From: Macrostomum lignano
Taxonomy: Eukaryota
Assembly: GCA_002269645.1 (NCBI GenBank)
Contig: NIVC01004811.1
Location: 1 to 34,459, forward strand
Reading direction: 5' to 3'
Length of the DNA: 34,459 bases
This document shows, piece after piece, positions 11,903-21,018 of the stretch. The position numbers were made by a program, and so were the translations under genes. Below the pieces are notes generated by a model, which was not told where the DNA came from, searched no databases, and was given only the letters and a program-made list of their open reading frames with translations. Each line of letters starts with the position of its first letter. Position 1 is the stretch's first letter.

Positions 11903-13114
11903 TTAATACTAAAACTGGTGCGTTGTTTGTCTGTGTGTGTGTGTGTTTGTTGGATAACTCCTCCTAGAATACTTGCAAGTCAGCGTTGAAACTTATGTGG
12001 GAAAACTGCAAATTTTCCGAGGATGGCTTTAGGCTGTTTTAATCTTTTATTTTTACATTTTAAGATCCCTAAAAAAGCAGAAAACGGCAATTCTGACCTT
12101 TGATAATCTTAATTGTACCCTCTTTCTGCTCGGAGCTGAAAATTTGCATGAATTTTGAGTGATTACGCCACAACTTTTTCCTATGTCGCCAGTGCATTTA
12201 CTCTCCAGTGGGGGGATGGGGCGTTCTAAGTGGCTGCATGCGTACAATTGGACCCTGGCTCACCGGCAATTGCTACGGATCGATATTAGTCAACTGCAAT
12301 TTGGCTTAATTGATGAATTTCGTGGGGTGGTGGGTGTGAAGCGCAACGATATGGCTACTGGGTCGAGATTCAATTGGTTTTATTATCAGCGCCTTTCATT
12401 AGGAAACCCTGTGTTGAACTGTGAAATTCAATGAATAAACTTGCGAGCCTCTCAGTGGAAAAGGCAGTGAATGTACGCACAAAAATTCAATGCTTTAAAC
12501 TGGGAAGTTTTAAACGCAAAGTGTTCCTCAACTTTTAAAATTTGAGAGGAGAGACTTATATTGCTGGAAAGATCTTGCAACGCTGGTTTCAAAGATGTAA
12601 GTTGTTTGCTTTAAAAATGAAAACTTAAAGCACAGCATTCAGAAAACGATAACCATGCTTTTAACTTTCTGCAAAGATTGTACTCATTTTTGCGATACGT
12701 AATAGATAAAGTTGAGGAGTTCAATTTCTTACTGCCGCTCTGCATTGGAGGGGGGTCGGTCGCTGTGTATTGGAGGGTTTATTAAGATTGCGTAACCTTA
12801 TTTTTAACTTTCAGATAAAATTGGGGGATTGCGTTCGCACATTTAAGCCAGCTATCATTTGGAGTAATTTCAGTATTTGAGGAGTCGGGGGGGGGGTGGA
12901 GGCTCAAGTTATTTTTTTGACTAAAATCACGTACACTGGGCCTTTACTTACACTGAACTCTTACTTAATAGCGCGAAATTCCAATTCAGTTACATTTCCT
13001 TCGATATCAGAATAGAATTTGTCTAATATTCCGATTGAGCTATTTCCTTATTTTTTTGTCATTTGCTTTTTGCTTTTTTGCCCATTTGCTATTCCCTATT
13101 TGCTTACTATAATA

Positions 13115-16100
13115 ATGCCAAAACGTGGTCGAGGAAGCCTTTCCCGCTCTACACGCGCTGCATCGGATGCCAAGAAGCGCAGGGCGTCGGAGACACCCGA
13201 TGAGCGTGCAGCGCGCGTTGAGCGGGAGCGGCAGCATAGGGCCGAGAGAGCCGAGGGCGAAGTGGAGCGCCAGAATCGCCTCGAGTCCAATCGAATGCGC
13301 ACAGCCGGAAGCCGTGAGGCCGAAGGCGAAGTGCAGCGCCAGCATCGCCTTGAGTGCAATCGACTGCGCACAGCCGGAAGCCGTGAGGCCGAAGGCGAAG
13401 TGCAGCGCCAGCATCGCCTTGAGTGCAATCGACTCCGCTTAGCTGAAAGCCGGGATGCTGAAGGCGAGGTGGAACGCCAGAATCGGCTCGACCACGACCG
13501 GCTGCGTGCTGTCGAAAGCCGTGAAGCCGAGGAGGAGGCAGTCCATCTGCATCGCCTGGAGGCGCAGCGGCAGCGCCAGGTCCAGTATCGCGCGGCTGAG
13601 TCCGCTGAGGACCACGACCGCCGTGTACACGCACAGGCAGAGTGGCGCCGAGACAGGTAGGGTTCCTATATAAAATTTTATTCTGCTATTCTTATGTGTG
13701 GTAGCTCATAATCTGAGACTATTAAATTTTCTGCATGTGGATCTGGATTTTCAAGAATTCCTGATTAAAATACTCTATTTCATTACCACAGGCTGCTGGA
13801 GCTGGCACACCAGCCACATGTTCTCGGTCGCATGGACCGCCAATGCCCTCACTGCAGCGCGCTACGCTGGACGGACGAGCCAGCTAGCATTTGCTGCCAT
13901 GCTGGAAAGGTGAGTTGATATTTATTGTTTTAGTTTACTTGAATTGCTGCCTCATTTATGCCTCCTGTACTGTATCAAGCCTCTGACCACCTATGGAGTC
14001 ATCGACAATTGCATGATTTGCTGCAGCCCGTCTCCGCATAAAAGCTACTTCAGTTTTTTTTCTAACACTGACAGACCGTCCTGGAGCAGCGCCGAGACCC
14101 GCCTGATGTTCTGAAGCGGCTGCTGACTGGCGAGCATCCGTTCAGCTCGCAGTTCCTGAAGGACATCAGGAAGTATAACGGCGCGCTCCATATGACCTCG
14201 CTTGGTTCCAGGCAGCGTGAACAGCCCGGGTGGAACCCCAGCTTCATCCTCCATGGTCAGATGCACCATCGGATCGGCAGCCTGTTGCCGGACCCAGGGG
14301 ATGCGGCCAGGTTCTGCCAGGTCTTCTTTGTGGACCAAGAGCTGCAGAACAGACTGCAATGGACAGCAGGTCTCAACGACACTTTGCTGCAGGAGCTGCA
14401 AGCTGTTCTGCATGATTGCAACAGCTACGTGCGCAGCCTGAAGTCCGCAGTCGACTTGCTGCGCAGCGACCCGCAGCTGCAGAGCGCCAGGGTCGTCATC
14501 AACCCCGATGCCCGCCCATCTGGGGAGCATGTCCGACGCTTCAACTTGCCCGAGTGCAGTGAGGTCGGCATCCTGACGGACCTTGGCGATGCTGATGGCG
14601 TAGTTCAGGCGCAATGGCGGAGCGTGGTTTTGCGTCTGAGAGGTGGTGGTAAGTACTTTAAGCGTCTTAAAAGACTTAAAATTTGGGTTGCATTGTAAAG
14701 TTAGATAATAAAATAAACGTTTTGGGTTATTCAGGTGTACATTTTGGTTGCTTTTGAACTGTAGTTTAGAATTAAATTACCCAACTGCATCCACAGGCCT
14801 CCAGGAGATCTCTGAGACCCATCGCTCCTACGATCCGTTGGAGTACGTGCTGCTGCTTCCGTACGGCGAGGACGGCTGGCACATTGGGCTCAAGAAGGAT
14901 CGAGGCATCACCATGATGAAATACTACGCCTACTTGATCCAGGTGCGACCAGGCCAGTTCAACAGCCTGCTGTACGGTCGCCGGCTCTTCCAGCAGTTCC
15001 TGGTGGACCAGGCTGCCAAGATCGAGTCCGAGCGACTTACGTACATCCGGCAGCACCAAACGGATCTGGTGTCCGAAAGTCTTCGGGGTCTCCGCGATGC
15101 GCTGCACGAGGACGACGGCAGGCCGGAAGAAGTCGGGAAGCGTGTCATTCTTACTTCCAGCTACGTGGGAGGTCCACGGTACCGTCTGGAGCGTCAGCAG
15201 GATGCCATGGCGTATGTTCACGCCTTTGGCCGCCCAGACCTGTTTCTGACGATGACATGCAACCCGAAGTGGCCGGAAATTCTGGCCGAGCTGCTTCCAG
15301 GGCAGACTGCCGTCGATCGGCCGGACATCACCGCCCGGGTGTTCGAGCTGAAGAAGAAGGCCTTCTTAAACAGGCTTAAGAGTCTGTTTGGAGATACTCT
15401 GGCTCGAGTCTGCTCGCTGGAGTACCAGAAGCGAGGCAAGTGTACTTTTAAGCTTTAAACTGTAGCATTAACTGTTGGCTCCATAACTTCGTAAATTTCA
15501 ATAAAATTATTGATGATCAATTATCAATAAATTTTATCCACAACCAGGTCTTCCCCACGTGCACGCGCTGCTGTGGCTGGCGAACAAGCTGAAGCCGGAT
15601 CAGTACGACGCCGTCATCAGCGCGGAGATCCCGGACCCTGTCGCCGACGCCGACCTGCATCAGCTGGTGGCGGAGAACATGCTGCACGGTCCCTGTGGGC
15701 AGCAGCTCAACTCTGCCGCGGCGTGCATGGAGAAAGGCAAGTGCAGCAAGCGCTACCCGAGGGAGTTCCTGGCCGCCACGAAGGTGGAGGAGGATGGCTA
15801 CCCGCATTACTGCCGCAGATCCGTCGAGATGGGCGGCTTCACGGTGACGAAGCTCGCAAAGCTGCGTGGCGGTCAGAGGGTGATGTTCACCTTTGACAAC
15901 CGCTGGGTGGTGCCGTACTGCCCAGCGCTGCTGCGCGAGTTTCGCTGTCACCTGAATGTCGAGATCTGCGCGACAGTTCGGGCCATCAAGTACGTGGTGA
16001 AGTACATCACCAAGGGTAGCGACATGGCAGCATACCAGATCCGTAAGGAGTCGGCGGCTGCTGCGAATGCCAGCGCTGATTCGGCCACTGAAGGACCACT

Positions 16101-18813
16101 GGCGATCGCCGGTCCGTCCACGTCGACTGGGACTGCTGCTGCTGCTGCTGCGACTTCCGCAAAGCGACACAAGATCGATGAGATCGACGAATACCTACTG
16201 GGCAGGTTCATCGGTCCAATGGAGGCGGTCAACACCATCCTGGGCTTTGAGGTTCACAGCCGATACCCCCCTGTGATCAGGCTCGCGGTTCATCTTAAGG
16301 ACGAGCAGCGGGTCTTCTTCACAGACGAGACGGCTCAGGCTGTTGCTGCTACGCCCAAGGCCACGACTTTGACCGCCTTCTTCGATGTGAGTTTTGCAGA
16401 AAAAGTGCAATTTTTCAACTTTTTCCTCCTTCCTGTTAATTCCTGTTCTTATTCTTACCCGCCCAGCTTTGTCGCCATGACGATATCGCCCGAGGGCTGC
16501 TGTACCAGGAGGTGCCCCGGCACTTCACCTGGGACAGAAGTGCGCACCAGTGGCATCGCGCAGGTCGCGGCCGAGTCGCTGCTGATCAGCCAGCCGATGT
16601 TCTGACGACCAGCAACATCGGCCGCATCTACACAGTCAGTCCACGGATGGGCGACTGTTTTTACCTGCGCCTGCTGCTGGTGAATGTGCGCGGCCCGACT
16701 TCGTTCGAGGCTCTGCGCACTGTCGATGGAGTCCTGCTGCCGACCTTCAAGGCCGCCTGCCAGGCTCGCGGACTGCTGGAAGACGACAGGCACTGGCAGC
16801 TGTGTCTGTCCGAAGCTGCCCAGACGCGGATGCCTGCTGCTCTGCGCCGACTTTTTGCCGCAATTTTGGCGCACGGCGATCCAAGCGACCCCGTGAAGCT
16901 CTGGGAGGAGTTTTCCCGCGAGATGGCTGGCGACCTGCTGCACCAGGGCTTGAGCGCCGAGGCTGCTATGGCCGAAGTGCTGCGGTCGCTGCAGAAGCGG
17001 CTGGAGCGGATGGGCGGATCCGAGCTGTCTGCCTACGGCCTTCCTCAACCACTGGCAGAGCCGGATCAGGTAAATAAAATCACTTCTATGCACTGACTGT
17101 TAATTTTTTTACCTTTATTTGCTAACTGATGACAGCCACTTTTCAATATCCAGACTCGGCTTCTTTCTGACTGCCTGCCGACGCCCCATGAAGCTGCTGA
17201 GCTGCAGTCCGAAGTGGATGCGCTGGTCGCTACCCTGACTGACGAGCAGCGAGCTGTCTTCGAGGCCGTGCAGTCCAATCTGACGGCCGGTGGCGGCGGG
17301 CTGCATTTCATTGACGCTCCTGGAGGCACAGGCAAGACGTTCCTGCTCACACTTCTGCTGAAGTCGGTTCGAGCAAGACGTCAAATCGCTGTTGCCGTCG
17401 CGTCATCGGGCATCGCGGCGACTATTCTACCCGGAGGTCGGACCGCCCACTCGATGTGAGTTTTGTGTCCGCATAAATATTTTTATAAACTGTTAGTTTT
17501 TAAGCACAGAAAGTCATCCCTTATTTATCATCACAATTGACCATCCTCGCGATACCTGCCTACAGGTTCAAGATCCCCGTCTGCGCTGTACGGCAGGACA
17601 GCGCCTTCTGCTCCATCGGCAGGCGGAGCAAATTGGCGGAGATTCTGCGGAACGCCCGCCTCATCGTGTGGGACGAGGCTCCGATGACGCACCGCAAAGA
17701 CCTCGAGATCGTCGAGCGGACTCTGCGGGATTTGCTGCACGGTGGGCAGCCGTTCGGGGGAGCGCTGCTGGTGCTGGCTGGCGACTTTCGGCAGTTGCTT
17801 GCTGTTGTGCCCGGAGGGACGCAGGCCAACACGATCGAAGCCTGCCTGAATCGGTCGGTGCTGTGGCCGCACTTCCGGCAGCACCAGCTCACAAGGAATC
17901 TGCGGCTGGAGGGCGGCTCGGCTCTCCAAAGCTACGCGGATTTTCTTATGCAGGTGAGAATCTCTGGAGTTTCTATGCTCTCATTAAGCATGCGAATTGA
18001 AGGAAAAAATTGTAAAATTTCATTCCACTTTTTCACCGTCAGGTTGGCAACGGGGAGCTGCCAGAGGACGTTGAGGGCATGGTCTCCTTGCCTAGCGAGA
18101 TCCTTCTGCCCGAGGACACAACCACTGAGCAGCTCATCCGGCACGTTTACCCGTCCTTTGAGCCGAGTGCGCAGCGTGACCAGATGTTCGCGGAGCGGAG
18201 CATCCTGGCGCCACTCAACAGGACGGTGGACGAGGCCAACGCCGCCTGCTTAGCGCTCTTCCCCGGTGAGAGCCGACTCTACTTATCTGTCGACTCGATT
18301 CCGAATGACGACACGGCAGCGACCAATTTTCCGCCGGAGCTGCTGAACCGGCTGGACCCCAGCGGTATGTCGCATCACCGACTGGAGCTGAAGGTCGGCA
18401 TGCCGGTCGTCATGATGCGGAATCTCGACCCACCGCTGCTGTGCAACGGGACTCGGCTGCTGCTGCGTGAACTGCGTGACAACGTCCTGCTAGCGGAGGT
18501 AACCACTGGCGTCTACCGTTCGCGGCAGGTGTTCATCCCGCGGATCCCGCAGGAGCCGAGTCCGACAGAGGTTCCGTTCGTTTTCCGCCGTCTGCAGTTC
18601 CCGATCCGGCCGTGCTTCGCCATGACCATCCACAAGAGCCAGGGCCAGTCGCTGGGCACCTACGCCGTCGACCTGACGACGGCTTGCTTTCAGCATGGCC
18701 AGCTCTACGTGGCTCTGAGTCGTGCGCGGAGTGCCGATGGCGTCAAAGTTCGGGCTCCAGGCGGACGGACGCGGAACATCGTGCTGCGCCAGCTTATCGG
18801 CAAGCAGAACTAA
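13115..18813 (+). CDS. Helitron RepHel (HUH replication initiator + PIF1/SF1B helicase), 9 exons, ~1591 aa
   Basis: Manual splice model: 13115-13656, 13792-13909, 14075-14648, 14797-15435, 15548-16386, 16467-17069, 17154-17455 (alternative in-frame acceptor gives 17136), 17566-17953, 18043-18813; total 4776 nt, all phases compatible, no internal stop seen. Splicing restores family motifs across junctions (EYQKRG|LPHVH, TLTAFFD|LCRHD, AHSM|FKIP, FLMQ|VGNG). Confidence 0.92.
13190..13650 (+). repeat. 69-bp / 23-aa STPR-like coding repeats in RepHel exon 1
   Basis: Period-23 units such as GEVQRQHRLECNRLRTAGSREAE, about 6 degenerate copies starting ETPDERAARV; 23-aa period and E..E.R..RL pattern match STPR-type repeats. 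Confidence 0.7.
13825..13909 (+). other. Cys-rich putative Zn-binding motif of RepHel N-terminus (exon 2)
   Basis: GRMDRQCPHCSALRWTDEPASICCHAGK, matching the Helitron G.M...C..C.A..W..E....CC..GK pattern. Confidence 0.8.
15200..16025 (+). other. HUH/Y2 Rep catalytic region
   Basis: Motif 1 FGRPDLFLTMTCNPKWPEI; motif 2 EYQKRGLPHVH (spliced); motif 3 KYVVKYITKG. Confidence 0.92.
15436..15547 (+). other. GC-AG intron 4 of RepHel
   Basis: Only the G|GCAAGT donor joins CGA G to GT CTT CCC CAC in frame; the nearby GT at 15440 gives the wrong phase. Confidence 0.75.
17214..18790 (+). other. PIF1-family helicase region
   Basis: FIDAPGGTGKTFL (Walker A), ASSGIAA, IVWDEAPM (Walker B), GDFRQL, LKVGMPVVMMRNL, LCNGTR, FAMTIHKSQGQSL, HGQLYVALSR. 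Confidence 0.95.
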
Positions 18814-18871
18814 CTATTATCTGAACTGAACTGAACTGAATCATAGGCAGGATGAAAGAAATATATAGGTT

Positions 18872-19555
18872 TGAGTGACAGATTATAAGAGTGAGTGGCA
18901 AATTATGATAGCGAGTGACAAATAATGAGAGTGAGTGCCAAATAATGAGAGTGAGTGACAAATTATGATAGCGAGTGACAAATTATGAGAGTGAGTGACA
19001 AAGTATGAAAGGGAGTTACAAATTTGAGAGCGATAATGCATATAAGAGTTCCAAATTATGAGAGTAAGTGAGTGAAAAATGATGAGAGGTAGTGACAAAT
19101 TGTGGCAAAGTGTGGCAAATTATGAGAGTAACGAATTCGAGAGCGATAATACTTATGAGAGTGCCAAATTATGAGAGTGATTGAGTGAAAAAGGATGAGG
19201 GAGTTACAAATTTTATGAGTGAGTGAGTGAAAAATGACGAGGGAGTGACAAATTATCAGAGTGAAAAATTATAAGATTGATAAATTATGAGTGACAAACT
19301 ATGAGAGTGACAAATTATGAGTGAAAAGTTGAGAGTTGAAAATTATGTGAGTGATAAATTATGAGAGTGCCTAATTAAGAGTTTTGCAAATAATGAGAGT
19401 AACAAATTTGAGAGCGATAATACTTATGAGAGTGCCGAATTGAGAGTGTGACAAGTTATAAGAGTGAAAAATATGAGAGTGACAAATTATGAAAGTCAAA
19501 AATCAAAATCATGAGAGTGATGAATTATAAGAGTGACGAATTATGAGTGATAATT
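18872..19555 (+). repeat. Degenerate ~16-20-bp minisatellite (GAGAGTGACAAATTAT-like) 3' of RepHel
   Basis: Dozens of CAAATTATGA/GAGTGA variants directly after the stop codon. Confidence 0.85.
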
Positions 19556-19568
19556 TTGTAACATGAAT

Positions 19569-19574
19569 AATAAA
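19569..19574 (+). promoter_or_regulatory. Possible polyadenylation signal for RepHel
   Basis: AATAAA immediately after the minisatellite; could be chance in AT-rich DNA. Confidence 0.2.
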
Positions 19575-20992
19575 CTACTGGCAAAACTGTTCCACTTACA
19601 GAGCTGCTGAATGAATTACAGATATAATATTTTAGTATAAGGGGATGCTTCTAAGAAAGCTCGGGCTCCTACCAATTTAGATCCAATTGCTGTATTTATT
19701 TTTCAGAATATTTTCGACGTACAAAGTATCCATACGTAATTATTTATATTAAACATTCTATTTCGTTCTGCATAATTTTCACTCAATTTTAAATCCTATT
19801 TTTTAAGTTAAAGATGATCGCGCTCAAATGCTATAAAGTAGGTTCCCAGTGTAGCTCTTAGATCGCCTCCTAAATACTTATTTAGATTTTCAATCAAGTC
19901 TAAAAAACAACTCTAGAAAACAACCTTGATAATTATTTGCCCTTTTCTCTTCCCATTTCTCTCCACCTGTGCTTGCATCCCTATATTGTAATGCATTGCT
20001 TAAAACAAATATATGCCATACTGTACTCGGGGTGCGCAGGATTCAGAATACAAACAAGGCTGTCAATCATAGGCTATTAGTAACATGTATAAGTAATGGA
20101 AAGGCATAAAATTCACATGAATTTAAACTTAACAAGTACTTAGCCAAAGAGACTATCCCATTTATTCGATCGTTTCCTGCGTACCCCCCAATAATGTCTT
20201 TGAATTAGTTTTTATATTCAACAGAGGTGAAGGAATTCGAGTAGGGGTATTCAGCTAGCTGTGAAAGGAACGCAGCAACATAAGTACTTGAAGAAGTCAA
20301 GAAGTTGTAATTCAGTGCAGCTATACAAAGTAGTTTTGGTACTTTTTCCACCATTCTCACTAAGATGTACAGTCCTGCATGACTGCTATAGCTGACGGGC
20401 AGCCAATCAGTTTTTCGCACATTTAACTGCCTTACAATGAATTGGCAGAGAATGAGTAGCCAACCAGCTGTTACAGAGTGATTCATTCAATTAATGATTT
20501 GCGCAAAGTGGCGGTCTATCACAGACTTTAGATTATCACAATTTTAGACTGACTGTGAACTCTAAGCTCTTAATAGAGAATGCCATAGCAGAACATTTAA
20601 GCTGCAATCGCACCCTAACGCTGACTCATATTCCTAAAGTTTGATTTGCATCAATTTCAGTTGACAGTGAGCACTTGAATTTTACAGCTTTATTATCGGT
20701 GCCTTTCAAAAGGCAGCCCTGTGTATTAGCTGCGCAGTGAAATTCAAGAGGTGGGGGGTCAAATGCCGCGGTGCATTGGAGGGGGTGGGTCGCTGTGTAT
20801 TGGAGGGTTGATTTACATAGATTGCGCAACTATAATGTTCACTTAATTGAGACTGATACTGACTGCCTGAGAAATAGTTATGTCAATGTCAAAGCTGCTT
20901 CGTGTGACTTTTACTGAAACTGAGTTGGGTTATGGGATTCAGCTGATGGAGATCACTTAATGGAATTCCGGTGATAGGAGTTCTTCCCCTTT

Positions 20993-21018
20993 CTCCTCCA
21001 GCGGAGGAGTTGGCCTCG
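20993..21018 (+). other. Helitron 3' terminal hairpin and CTCG end (autonomous copy; equivalent in all complete units)
   Basis: 7-bp stem CTCCTCC/GGAGGAG, 3-nt loop, 9 nt from the end; CTCG is a variant of canonical CTRR. Confidence 0.82.

Larger units (their letters stand above)
11903..21018 (+). mobile_element. Putatively autonomous canonical Helitron (unit G)
   Basis: Family head at 11903, RepHel gene 13115-18813, 3' hairpin CTCCTCC-AGC-GGAGGAG 20993-21009 + TTGGCCTCG ending 21018. Confidence 0.88.

Noticed and set aside
13019-13114. Upstream extension of exon 1 in the ORF track
   Set aside because: Starts at a non-ATG codon in T-rich sequence; ATG at 13115 with AATAATG context begins the GC-rich, basic N-terminus.
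18043-18813. Helentron (endonuclease-containing) classification
   Set aside because: Protein stops right after the helicase (RTRNIVLRQLIGKQN*) and motif 2 is the canonical QKRGLPH type.
13040-18824. Antisense and alternate-frame ORFs overlapping RepHel
   Set aside because: Expected shadows of GC-rich coding exons; no motifs.
20029-20187. 13-bp imperfect inverted repeat GGGGTGCGCAGGA / TCCTGCGTACCCC as a MITE
   Set aside because: Short, one mismatch, does not extend, and no TSD seen.
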